DNA from: an uncultured Chloroflexia bacterium
GTDB lineage: Bacteria; Chloroflexota; Limnocylindria; Limnocylindrales; CSP1-4
Direction of reading: 5' to 3'
Length of the DNA: 64,000 nucleotides
Assembly (NCBI GenBank): GCA_963813335.1
Contig: CAWEYL010000001.1
Coordinates: 32,001 to 96,000, forward strand
Below the pieces are notes generated by a model. That model ran no database searches. It was not told the DNA's origin and saw only the letters and a list, made by a program, of their open reading frames with translations. The first letter of the stretch is position 1; each line of letters starts with the position of its first letter. The translations under genes and the position numbers were made by a program. Positions 32,705 through 43,500 of this stretch are shown here, piece by piece.

Positions 32705-33584
32705 ATGACCAGGAAGACCTCGTTCACGCCCTACACGTTCCTGCTGCCGGCGCTCGTGCTGCTCGGCATCTTCGTCGTGTACCCGATCATCGCGGTCGTC
32801 TACTACAGCTTCACCGACTACGACATCGCCACCCCGCCGGTCTGGGTGGGCCTCGACAACTTCGCCAGAGCTGCTCGATGACGAGACCTTCCGGCTGGCG
32901 GTCGTCCACTCGTTCGTCTACCTGCTGGTCACGCCGATCCTGATCTTCCTCTCGATCGTGCTGGCGATCATCGTCAACCGCCGGATGCGCGGCATCCACA
33001 TCTTCCGGGCGCTCTACTTCGTGCCCGCGGTCAGCGGCAGCATCGCCATCGGCCTCGCCTGGCGCTGGATCTTCGACCGCAACGGCTTCCTCAACGGGAT
33101 CCTCCAGTCGTGGGGGATCATCGACAAGCCCGTCTCGTGGCTGACCGAGCCGTCGCTGGTCCTGCCGATCGCGATGCTGCTCACGATCTGGGCGGGCGTC
33201 GGCTACTACTCGGTCATCTTCCTGGCCGGGCTCCAGAACATCCCCGAGGAGCTCTACGACGCGGCCCGCATCGACGGCTGCAGCGACTTCCAGAAGCACC
33301 GCTACGTGAGCCTGCCCGGGCTGCGGCCGCAGATCGTCTTCGTGGCGGTCATCTCGAGCCTCGCCGCGCTCAAGGTCTTCGACGAGATCTACGTCCTGAC
33401 CAACCGGACCGGCGGGATCCTCGACAGCGGCGTGACGATGGTCTTCTACCTCTGGAAGCAGGCGTTCATCAACAGCCACGCGGGCTACGCGTCGGCCATC
33501 GCCATCGCGCTCCTGGCCATCACCCTGGTCTTCTCGATCTTCAACGTGCGGCTGCTCGAGCGGGGCCAGGAGGGCGAGGCATGA
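32705..33584 (+). CDS. Sugar ABC permease (frameshift near 32870)
   Basis: VWVGLDNF, FLAGLQNIPEELYDAARIDG EAA motif. Confidence 0.9.
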
Positions 33585-34483
33585 GCCAGGCGCCGATGAT
33601 CCAGATCGCCCAGCCCGTGGCGGAGCTCCAGCAGGTGCGCCGGCGGCGGGCGCTGCGCCCGAGGGCGATGGCCGGGAGCGCGCTCTGGTACGTCGTCCTG
33701 CTGCTCCTCGCGGCCATCACGGTCTTCCCGTTCTTCTGGATGCTGATGACCTCGCTGAAGGGCCCGGGCGACCCGGTCTACTCGATCCCGCCGCAGATCT
33801 TCCCGCGCGACCCGACGCTCGCGGCCTACCAGCGGGTGCTCGAGACGCTGCCGATCCCGACGTTCTTCCTCAACAGCCTGATCGTGGCGGTCGCGGTGGG
33901 GCTGCTCAACGTGCTGGTCGCCGCGATGGCCGCGTACCCGCTCGCGAAGATGCGCTTCCGCGGCCGCTCGACCATCTTCTACGCGCTGCTCGCGACGCTG
34001 ATCGTGCCGGCCCAGCTGACCTACATCCCGAGCTTCGTGCTGGCGGTCAACGTCTTCCACTACTACGACACGCTGCCGGCGCTGATCCTCCCGAACCTGG
34101 TCAGCGCGTTCAACATCTTCCTGCTGCGCCAGGCGTTCCGGGGCGTCCCCAACGACCTCATCGACGCCGCCCGCGTCGACGGGGCCGGGGAGTGGCGGAT
34201 CTGGTGGTCGATCCTGCTGCCCATCGTCCGGCCGTCGCTGGCGGCGGTCGCGATCTTCACGTTCGTCACGTCCTGGAACGACTTCCTGTGGCCGTCGCTG
34301 ATGCTCCATACGAAGGAGGGGCTGACGCTGCCGGTCGGGCTGGCCGCGCTGCAGAGCTTCTTCCAGTCCGACTTCCGCTCGATCGCGGCCGGGGTGACCA
34401 TCACGGTCGTGCCGATCCTGCTGTTCTTCATCGTGGTCCAGCGCTACTTCGTGCGCGGGCTGGCGGGCGCGGTCAAGGGGTGA
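33581..34483 (+). CDS. Sugar ABC permease
   Basis: DLIDAARVDGAGE, SWNDFLWP, GAVKG terminus. Confidence 0.92.
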   Translation: MSQAPMIQIAQPVAELQQVRRRRALRPRAMAGSALWYVVLLLLAAITVFPFFWMLMTSLKGPGDPVYSIPPQIFPRDPTLAAYQRVLETLPIPTFFLNSLIVAVAVGLLNVLVAAMAAYPLAKMRFRGRSTIFYALLATLIVPAQLTYIPSFVLAVNVFHYYDTLPALILPNLVSAFNIFLLRQAFRGVPNDLIDAARVDGAGEWRIWWSILLPIVRPSLAAVAIFTFVTSWNDFLWPSLMLHTKEGLTLPVGLAALQSFFQSDFRSIAAGVTITVVPILLFFIVVQRYFVRGLAGAVKG

Positions 34484-36103
34484 CGGCCGGGGCGGCAGCC
34501 GACGCCGGTCCCGCGGCGGTCCTCGGCCGGGTGATGGTGGCGTTCGACGGCGACCGGCTGCCGGCCTGGGTGGCCGAGCGCCTGGACGCCGCGCCGGTCG
34601 CGGGGATGACCGTGTTCCGGCACCTCAACGTCCGGTCGCCGGGCGGGTTCCGCGAGCTGGCCGAGGCCTTCCAGGCCGCCGGGCGCCCCGACCCGTTGCG
34701 GCCTCGGCTGATCGCGGCCGACCAGGAGGGCGGCCAGCTCCAGGCGCTCGGCGACGGCCCGACCCAGTTCGCCGGCAACATGGCCATCGGGGCCACCGAC
34801 GACCCGGCCCTCGCCGAGCGGGTCGGCGAGGCCATCGGGCTCGAGGCTCGCGCGATGGGCGTCAACGTGGTCTATGCCCCGGTCCTCGACGTCGCCAGTG
34901 CGCCGGCGAATGCGGCGATCGGGATCCGTTCGTTCGGCGACGACCCGGCCCGTGTCGCGGCGCTCGGCGTCGCGTTCCTGGGCGGGTTGCGGCGAGCCGG
35001 CGTGGCCGCCGCGGTCAAGCACTTCCCGGGCCTGGGCGACACGGACACGGACACGCATCACGCGCTGGCGGTCGTGCGCGCCCCGCGCGAGCGGCTCGAG
35101 GCGGTGGACCTGCTGCCCTTCCGGGCCGCGATCGACGCCGGCGTGCCGATGGTGATGTCCAGCCACGTGGCGGTGCCCGCGCTGAACGACGGGGCGCTGC
35201 TGGCGTCGACGCTGGCGCCGGCGGTCATGACCGGGCTGCTCCGGGGGTCGTACGGGTTCGGCGGCGTGACCATCAGCGACGCGCTGGACATGGCGGCCAT
35301 CGCGCAGGGCGAGGCGCAGGCGGACGCGGTCCTCGCCGCGGTGCGCGCCGGGGTCGACCTGCTGCTGTGCGGGCCCGACCGCGACGCGCAGCGGCGGATC
35401 GAGGCGGCGTTGCTCGCCGGCGCCCGGGACGGCCGGATCGACCCGCTGGCGGACGCCGCGGCCCGGGGCCGGATCGACGCCCTGCGCCGCTGGCTCGGCG
35501 AGGCCGGGGCGCCGCCGGACCTGGCCATCGTGGGTGGGGCGGCCCATGCGCGCCCTCGCGCGCGAGCTCGCCGAGCGGTCGCTGACGCTGGTTCGCGACG
35601 AGGCGCGGTCGCTACCGCTCGCCCTGTCCGCGGAGGCGACCGTCCTGGCCGTGATGCCGACCCCGACCGACCTGACCCCGGCCGACACGTCCTCGACGGT
35701 CACGCCGGGGCTCGCCGCCGCCCTGCGGACGCGGTTCGGACGGGTCGACGAGGTCGTCACGGGCGCGGCTCCGAGCGATGCCGAGATCGCGGCGATCCGC
35801 GAGCCGGGTGGGCGCGGCGGATGCCGTGGTCGTCGGCACCATCGACGGCGACCCGCGAGCCGCGCCAGCTCGCCCTGCTCGAGGCGGTCGCGGCGGCGGC
35901 CGGTCCGCGGCCGGTGGTCGCGGTCGCGCTGCGGACGCCGTGGGACGTGGCCAGGTACCCGGCCGGGATCGCCGCGGTCTGCACCTACTCGATCCACGCG
36001 GCATCGCTGGTCGCGCTCGCGGGCGCGCTCTCGGGCGCCATCCCGTTCGCGGGCCGGCTGCCGGTCGCGCTGGACGGCGGTCAGCGCGGCTGCCCGTCGA
36101 TGA
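34480..36103 (+). CDS. GH3 beta-N-acetylhexosaminidase-like protein (several frameshifts in the 3' third)
   Basis: AADQEGG, RSFG, KHFPGLG..DTHH, ISDALDM. Confidence 0.85.
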
Positions 36104-37141
36104 GCCTCCACGACGAGATCCTCGAGCAGCCGGCGGTCGCGGCCAGGTTCCTCGCGTCGCAGCACGGCGCCATCGACGCGCTGGCCGGCGCCCTCCGCGA
36201 CCGGCGCGACCGGATCGAGCACGTCGTCATCGCGGCCCGCGGCTCGTCGGACCACGCCGCCATCTATGCGCAGTACGTCCTCGGCGTGCGCCACGGGCTG
36301 ACCGCCGGGCTCGCGACGCCGTCGATGGTCTCGCTCTACGGCGCCGACCCCGGGCTCGCCCACACGCTGGTCGTCGCCATCAGCCAGTCGGGGGCGTCGC
36401 CCGACATCGTCGCCGTCGTCGAGGCGGCCCGGCGCCAGGGCGCGCCGTCCGTCGCGATCACCAACGACACCGGGTCGGCGCTGGCTGCCGCCGCCGACTG
36501 GACGATCGATCTGTCCGCCGGCCCGGAGCGACTCGATCGCGGCGACCAAGACGTACACCGCCTCGCTCCTGGCGATCGCCGCGCTGTCGGCGGCGCTGGG
36601 GGACGAGGCCGACCGGCGGGCGCTGGCGTCGATGCCGGACGCGATCGCGTCGGTGCTCGAGCTCGAAGGCTCGATGGTCGCCATCGCCGAGGCGCACGCG
36701 CACGCCGACCGCCTGCTCGTGGTCGCCCGCGGCTACGAGTACGCGACCGCGCGCGAGTGGGCGATCAAGATCAAGGAGCTGGCGCACGTCTTCGCCGACC
36801 CGTACTCCGCCGCGGACTTCCAGCACGGTCCGGTGGCGCTGGTCGAGCCGGGGGTCCCGGTCGTCGTGGTCGTGCGCGCGGGGCCGACGGCGGCCGACCT
36901 GGTCGAGTTGCTGGTGCGGCTCCGCGACGACTTCGCTGCCGACGTGACCGTGCTGTCGGACGTGCCCGAGGCGCTGGCCGTGGCGACTCGGCCGGTGCCG
37001 CTGCCGGCGGTCGCCGCAGAGTGGCTGGCCCCCATCGCGACGATCGTCGCGGGACAGCTGCACGCGCTGCACCTGACCCGGGCGCGGGGGCTGGACCCCG
37101 ACGCGCCGCGGAGCATCAGCAAGGTGACCCGCACCCGCTGA
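36100..37141 (+). CDS. SIS-domain glucosamine-6-phosphate deaminase/isomerase (GlmS C-terminal-like); frameshift near 36530
   Basis: EILEQP, ARGSSDHA, ISQSG.SPD, ATKTY, KIKE, HGP, SKVTRT. Confidence 0.85.
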
Positions 37142-37197
37142 CCGTCCTGGTGGCTGGCGGGCGGTGCCCCGCGCCCGCCCGTGTCCCCCGGCCCGCT

Positions 37198-37383
37198 ACC
37201 CGGCAGAACGACCACGGAGAGAACGCTATGGCCGGTTCTCGGTTCGTCCGGCCGGTCCGACACGGTCGCGGCGCCCCACCCCGGGCACTGTCACGCACGC
37301 TCGAAAGGTCCGGATGGCGGTCACGGCGCGAAGCGGGCGTCACGACCGGCCATTACGTTCTGTGGATGAGCGTTGTGCCAGGT
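37198..37383 (+). mobile_element. Inverted-arm element D (114-bp spacer)
   Basis: ACCCGGCAGAACGACCACGGAGAGAACGCTATGGCC ... GGCCATTACGTTCTGTGGATGAGCGTTGTGCCAGGT. Confidence 0.75.
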
Positions 37384-37457
37384 ACGGGCCGACCCGGGCA
37401 GAGCCGAGGAGCCGAGGGCCGCGGCCCGATCGGTCCGGCGGCAGCCGCCCCTGGGCC

Positions 37458-38399
37458 CTAGAGGCCGCTGTAGGCGTGCAGGCCGCTGAACCAGAGCGAC
37501 CCCGAATACGTCACCAGCACCATCCCGAACCCGACGACCAGCAGCAGTGCGGCCGGCCGGCCGGCCCATGAGCGCTGGTTGCGGGCGTGCAGGTAGACCG
37601 CGTAGATGAGCCACGTGACGAGCGCGGCGGTCTCCTTCGGGTCCCAGCCCCAGTAGCGGGACCAGGCGATCGACGCCCACCACGACCCGAGGATGATCAT
37701 CGTGGCGAAGATGGGGAAGCCGATGATCACCGACTTGTAGGCGACCTCGTCGAGCACCTTGTGCGACGGCAGCCAGGCGAACCGGTCGCCCTGGCCCTGG
37801 ACCAGGTACGCGACGCCGGCCGCGAAGCTCGTGGCGAAGATGCCGTACGCGGTGACGGCCATGCCGACGTGGATGGTCAGCAGCGGCGCGTTCTGGAGCG
37901 CGGGCACCAGCGGCTTGATGTCGGACGGGAGGCTCGACGCGTACAGCAGCATCGCGAGCGCCACGCCGGTGGGGATGAAGCCGATCGAGCGGATCGGGTA
38001 GCGCCGCTGGAGGAACAGGTAGCCGCCGATCATCGAGAACGCGAACGCGACGCTGAACTCGAACATGTTGCCCCACGGCCCGCGACCGACCACGATGGCG
38101 CGCGCCAGCAGCGACGCCCCGAGGGCCAGCCAGGCCACGAACGTGATGCCGATGGCGGCCTTGGACAGCGGGCTCGGCGAGGCGAAGGTCGTGGGTCCGC
38201 CCGACGCGGCGCGCTCCTGGCTCGAGACGAACGAGCCGGTGACGACGCCGGCATAGGCCGGCTGCGACGCAGGCATGAGGGCCGGGATCGTCCGGCGGCC
38301 GTTGGCGAGCATGACCGCGTGGCCCACGAACGCCGCGAAGCCGATGGCGATCAGCAGGGTCCCCACGCTGAACAGCGCTGAGGACAGCTGTGGCAGCAC
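37458..38399 (-). CDS. ccsA: Cytochrome c biogenesis protein (system II, CcsA/ResC type)
   Basis: PWGNMFE, LVPALQ..IHV, WASIAWSRYWGWDPKET WWD domain, GLHAY. Confidence 0.9.
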   Translation of the reverse strand: MLPQLSSALFSVGTLLIAIGFAAFVGHAVMLANGRRTIPALMPASQPAYAGVVTGSFVSSQERAASGGPTTFASPSPLSKAAIGITFVAWLALGASLLARAIVVGRGPWGNMFEFSVAFAFSMIGGYLFLQRRYPIRSIGFIPTGVALAMLLYASSLPSDIKPLVPALQNAPLLTIHVGMAVTAYGIFATSFAAGVAYLVQGQGDRFAWLPSHKVLDEVAYKSVIIGFPIFATMIILGSWWASIAWSRYWGWDPKETAALVTWLIYAVYLHARNQRSWAGRPAALLLVVGFGMVLVTYSGSLWFSGLHAYSGL

Positions 38400-38401
38400 G
38401 G

Positions 38402-38884
38402 TCAGGCGACCGCGGCGCCGCCGGGCTTCGGCCCGACGCTGGAGCGGACCGCGACGGCGCGTGGCACGACCTTGAGGACGAGGCCGCAGTTGGTGCACGT
38501 GTCGACGACGGCGGCCCGGCCCAGGTCGCACATCGGGCAGATCACCGCGAGCTCCTCGTGGCACGTGTCGCAGCGGGTCGCGCCCGACGGGTAGACGAGG
38601 GCATCGCGGCGGCAGTAGGGGAGGCCCTTGGGGAAGACGGGCAGCCCGCCGGCGTCGAGCTCGGCGACCCGCGGACCTTCCTCGAAGGCGACCTTCACCC
38701 GCGGCTTGCGGGCGAGGTAGACCACCGATCCGAGCATGACGGCGGTGATGAACGGCCCCACGACGCCGACGAAGATGAGCACGGGCAGGATGCTGATGAG
38801 CCAGCCCCAGTCGGGCATGACGAACTGGGCCGTGATGTCGAGGATCGTCGTCCAGATGCCGTTGAGCGTATCGATCAGGCTCAC
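38402..38884 (-). CDS. Membrane protein with C-terminal multi-CxxC zinc ribbon
   Basis: TM helix then YCRRD, CDTC, CPMC, CTNC. Confidence 0.7.
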   Translation of the reverse strand: MSLIDTLNGIWTTILDITAQFVMPDWGWLISILPVLIFVGVVGPFITAVMLGSVVYLARKPRVKVAFEEGPRVAELDAGGLPVFPKGLPYCRRDALVYPSGATRCDTCHEELAVICPMCDLGRAAVVDTCTNCGLVLKVVPRAVAVRSSVGPKPGGAAVA

Positions 38885-38909
38885 ATCCGCATCCTAGCAG
38901 TCGAGGCCG

Positions 38910-39521
38910 TCAGTCGCGGGCGGCCGACCGTGGCGCCCGCTTCGGGTTCCCCTTCTTGACGGTCGCGCCGCGCCCCGGTTCCCAGCGGCCCGCGTCGGGG
39001 TCGTCGTCCTCGGACGGCTCGCGCGGGACCGGCCGCGGCTTCGTCGCCGGCTTCGCCGGCTTCGACTTCGCGCCAGTGGGCGGGCGGCCGCTCCCGACGC
39101 GGTCGAGCCGGCCGAGCAGCCAGTCCGCACCGGCCGTCCGCGCGCCCCGGGCGTGGAGGAGCGCCTTCAGCTCGCGGTCGTTGGTGACCACCAGGATCGC
39201 CGCGGTCCCGGCCGGCCCGTCGGTGGCGCGGGTCTCCTCGACCAGCGACAGGAGCACGGCGTCGGCCGTGCGCGGCCCCGAGTAGCGGACCCGCAGCCCC
39301 GACGCGATGCGCTCGTTGCGCAGCCCCCGCTCGCCGGGCCCGTCGAAGACGACATCGATGGCGACCGCCGGCGGCACGGCCCCGCGCAGCCGGCCGATGA
39401 GCGCCGACCCCGGCGCGGCGCCGGGTGCGCGCGACATCGCGAACAGCAGGTTCGTGCCGTCGACCAGCAGCCACTCGGTCTCGGCGAGCGGGTCGGTGGG
39501 GCGGGCGGGGCGTTTCGACAT
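38910..39521 (-). CDS. NYN/PIN-like (YacP-like) domain protein
   Basis: LLVDGTNL, VVFDG, TADA, VVTNDREL. Confidence 0.8.
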   Translation of the reverse strand: MSKRPARPTDPLAETEWLLVDGTNLLFAMSRAPGAAPGSALIGRLRGAVPPAVAIDVVFDGPGERGLRNERIASGLRVRYSGPRTADAVLLSLVEETRATDGPAGTAAILVVTNDRELKALLHARGARTAGADWLLGRLDRVGSGRPPTGAKSKPAKPATKPRPVPREPSEDDDPDAGRWEPGRGATVKKGNPKRAPRSAARD

Positions 39522-39644
39522 CGGAGCCATCGTACGCGGGCGGGCGCCGCGGCCACGAGGCGGACGTCGCCGCCACGGGCGGGCGCCAGCGCCACGGGCG
39601 GGCGCCGCCCCACGCCCCGTCGTCCGCGCCGCTACCCTCCGGGG

Positions 39645-40493
39645 GTGAGCCTCCTCCTGCTGGTCGATCTCGACGGCGTCGTCTACCGCGGCGCCGACCC
39701 CGTCCCGGGCGTCGCGGCCGTCCTCGCCGATCGCGCGGCCCGCGGCGACGACGTCGTGTACGTGACGAACAACTCGATGCACTACCACGACGACTACGTG
39801 ACCCGCCTCTCGGCGATGGGCGCGCCGATCACCGCGGACACGGTGGTCTCGTCGGCCCGGGCGACGGCGATCCACATCGCCAGCCACGAGCCGGGCGTCC
39901 GGCGCGTGCTCGTCCTGGGGGCCGGCGGCCTGGAGCGCGAGCTGCGCGACGCCGGCCTCGACGTCGTGACGGCCGGCCACGCGGCAGCCCGGATGCACCA
40001 GGAGGGCATCGACGGCTGGACGGCGGCCGGGGCGCCGGACGCGGTCGTGACCGGGCTCGACCCGAACCTCACCTACCTGCGGCTCGCCGCGGCCGCCGAC
40101 TGCGTCCGCGCCGGCGCCCGCTTCATCGCCACCAACCGCGACCCCGTCTACCCGACGGAGCGCGGCCTGCGGCCGGGGGCCGGGAGCATCGCGGCCGCGC
40201 TCGAGGCGACGACGGGCGTCGTCCCGTACACGATCGGCAAGCCCGGGCCGCACCTGCTGGAGCTGGCGGCCGAGGCGGTCGGCCGCGACCCGCGGGACGC
40301 GGTGATGATCGGCGACGGGATCGCGACGGACCTCGCCGCGGCACGCGCCGTTGGCGCGAGGTGCGTCCTGATGCTGACCGGCGTGACCACCGCGGCCGAG
40401 GTCGCGGCGCTGCCCGAATCCGACCGGCCGACGGCCGTGGCCGAGGATGCGGCCGGACTGGCCGCTGCGCTCGAGGCGCTCACGACCGCCTGA
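39645..40493 (+). CDS. HAD-IIA family hydrolase (NagD-like)
   Basis: DLDGVVY, VTNNS, IATNRD, IGKP, MIGD..TD. Confidence 0.92.
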   Translation: MSLLLLVDLDGVVYRGADPVPGVAAVLADRAARGDDVVYVTNNSMHYHDDYVTRLSAMGAPITADTVVSSARATAIHIASHEPGVRRVLVLGAGGLERELRDAGLDVVTAGHAAARMHQEGIDGWTAAGAPDAVVTGLDPNLTYLRLAAAADCVRAGARFIATNRDPVYPTERGLRPGAGSIAAALEATTGVVPYTIGKPGPHLLELAAEAVGRDPRDAVMIGDGIATDLAAARAVGARCVLMLTGVTTAAEVAALPESDRPTAVAEDAAGLAAALEALTTA

Positions 40494-40517
40494 CGCAGGA
40501 CGCGACAGCCAGGCCGG

Positions 40518-43500
40518 CTAGGCCAGCTCGGCCACCTCGGTCCCGCTCGACGGTCCCGTGGCTGCCACGCCGCCGGGCGCTTCGGCGCCGCCCGGATCGC
40601 CGGGCTCGCCGAGCAGCGCGTCGAAATGCGCGACCACCGGAGCGGCCCCGAGCTCGACGGTGATCTCGCGACCTCGCCGGCCGATCGTGCGGATCTCGCC
40701 ATGGTCCGGTCCCAGGGTCGCGAGCGCGCACCACGCCGTCCACGCCTCGTCCCACAGAACCCCGCCGTCGCGCCATGCGGCCATCGCCGCCCGGAAGCCG
40801 GCGATCGCCTCGGCCGTCCGCCCCTCGAGGGCATCGATGCCCGCGCCGATGGCCTGCCGCTCGATCTCGAGGACCTGGCCGCGGACCCCGAGCGCATCGA
40901 GCCGGGCGATCGCCTCGCGAGCGCCCGCGGCATCACGTGCCAGCAGGGCCGCCCGTGCCGCGCGCGGCAGCGCGAACGGCGCGTTCGTGTCGCTCGCGTC
41001 GGCCTGCTTGAACCATTCGTCGCGGGCCACCGGGTAGCGGCCCTCCACCAGCGCGACCCAGCCGTCGAGGTCCAGCGCGGTGTTCGCGTAGTCGGTGTCG
41101 CCGACGAAATCGATGTCGGCGTGGACCTGTTTGACGACGTCCCTCCAGCCGGGAGCCGCGCGCAGGGTGGCGATCACGGCCCCGGCGAATCCCATCGCGA
41201 CCCGGTGGAGCGACGACAGCTCCGTGTCCTCGAAATGCGCGGCTTGCGACTCGTGCCACGCCCATTCGCCGAGGCGGATGGCGTCTTCCCCGGCATTGCT
41301 GATCAGGGTGATCTCGAAGTCGCGTCGCCCGATCCGGCGGGCGAAGGCGATCCCCTCGATCTCCATCTCCCAGGTCGCCCGCACGTCGCGGGTCGCGAGG
41401 ACCAGCGACAGGCCGGTGATGGCCCGGCTCTCCATCAACGGGAAGCCGTTCTCCTGCGAGACGCGGCGCGCCGTGTCGAGCAGGCTCAGCCCCTCGACCG
41501 AGCGGCCGTGCTGGCTCAGGATGTTGCCCTTGGTGATCAGCGATTCGGCGATGACCTCGAACAGCTCGAGCGGCTCGGCGATCTCGAGCGCCCGATCCGC
41601 GAGGGCCAGGGCCTCGAAGTAGCGCTGTTCGAGCGAGCGGACCCGCGCCAGGATCGCGATGAGCTGGGACAGGTCCGCGTCGTCGGCGACGCCCGGAGCC
41701 TTGGAGACGGCCGGCTCGAGGATGGCCGATGCGCGTTCGGTGAGCCGGCCCGAGAGCAGGCCCTGGGCGAGCGCCACGGTGGTGCGGTAGACCGCCTTGT
41801 CGTCGCCGAGCGAGCGGCGGATCTCGATCGCCTCGGTCAGCGGCGGCTCGGCGAGGTCCGGGCGAGCGGCCGACGTCGCGGCGCGGCCGAGCCGTTCGAG
41901 GATCGCGGCCCGTTCCGCGGGCTCGGCCTTGATCTCCTTCGCCTGGGTCAGGAACGCGATGGCCTGCTCGGGCGACCCGAGCGCGGTCGCGCGGTCGGCG
42001 GCGCCCACCAGCGCGAGCCGGGCCTGGACCGCGAGCGCGTCGCCCTCCGGCCCGTCCGGCACGGCCTCGTAGGCGGCGACGTAGTGGGCGGCGAGGGCGC
42101 CGGCCAGCTCGTCCTCGCCGAGCGATTCGAAGAAGCGGGCGGCCGCCAGATGGCGCGACCGCCGGTCGCGCTTGGCCAGCGTCGCGTAGGCGACCTCGCG
42201 GATCAGCGCCTGCACGAACGCGTACTGGCCCAGCTCCGGCGAGCGCGGGTCGACCCGCTGGTCGAGGAGCTCCATGTCGCCGAGCGCGCGCAGGCGGGGC
42301 TCGATCGCCTCGGGCGGCTGCCCCGCGACGGCTGACAGCCCGGCGAGGGTGAAGCTCTGGCCGAGGACCGCCGCGTCCTGGAGCAGCGCCCGGTCGGCCG
42401 CCGGCAGGCCGTCGAGGCGGGCGGCGATGAGCGCCTGGAGCGTCTCCGGCACCGCGAGCTCGCCGAGTTCGCCGATCGGCTCGTAGCGGCCTTCGACCTC
42501 GCGCAGGCGGCCGTCGGCGACGAGCATCCGGACGGTCTCGACGGCATAGAGCGGGATCCCATCCGCGCGGGCGACGATGGAGCGCGCGGTCGCGGTCGCG
42601 AGCCCCGGGACCAGGCCGGCGAGCAGCTCGAGCATCGAGGCCTCGTCGAGCGGCTCCAGCCCGAGCGCCAGGAAGTTGCGCCGCCCCGCGCCCCAGTCGG
42701 GCCGGCGGGTCAGCAGGTCCGGCCGGGCGAGCGTGATGATCAGGATCGGGACGCCGCGGCTCCACTCGAGCATGTGGTCGATGAAGTCGAGCTGGCCGGC
42801 ATCGGCCCAGTGCAGGTCCTCGAAGGCGAGGACGACGATCCCCGTCGAGGCGAGCCGCTCGAAGAACGTCCGCCAGGCGCGGAACAGCTCGTCGCGCCCG
42901 CCAGCGGGCGCCTCGCCGACGCCGAGCAGGGCGAGGAGGGCCGGCTCGATCCAGCGCCGCTCCCCTTCGTCCGGCACGTGCTCGATGACCGTCGCCGCCA
43001 CCTTCTCCCGGGTCGTCGCCGGATCGTCCGTCTCGATCAGCCCGCAGCGGGCGCGGACCATCTCGCCGAGCGCCCAGAAGGTGATCCCCTCGCCGTAGGC
43101 GGGCGAGCGCCCGTCGTGCCACCAGATGCCTTCGACGAGCCCATCGAGGTACTTCTCGAGCTCCCAGGTCAGGCGCGACTTGCCGATCCCGGCCTGGCCG
43201 GTGATCGACACGAGCCGGGCGCGGTGCTCGCGCGAGGTCGCGTGGAACAGGTCCTTGAGCAGGCGCAGCTCCGTGTCGCGCCCGACGAACGGCGCTTCGA
43301 GGCGGTCCGACCGGCCGCGCCCCTTGCGCTCGGCCACGACGCGCAGCGCGCGCCAGGCCGCGACCGGCGCCTCCTTGCCCTTGAGGACCGTGTCGCCAGC
43401 ATCCTCGAAGGTGATCGAGGACGCGGCTGCGCGGTGGGTCGCCTCGCCGACGAGCACGGTGCCCGGGGCCGCGACCGACTGCAGGCGCGAGGCGGTGTTG

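Noticed and set aside
34192-37461. 1089-aa GH3-SIS fusion ORF
   Set aside because: It arises from frameshifts bridging two genes that otherwise show an ATGA overlap at 36100-36103.
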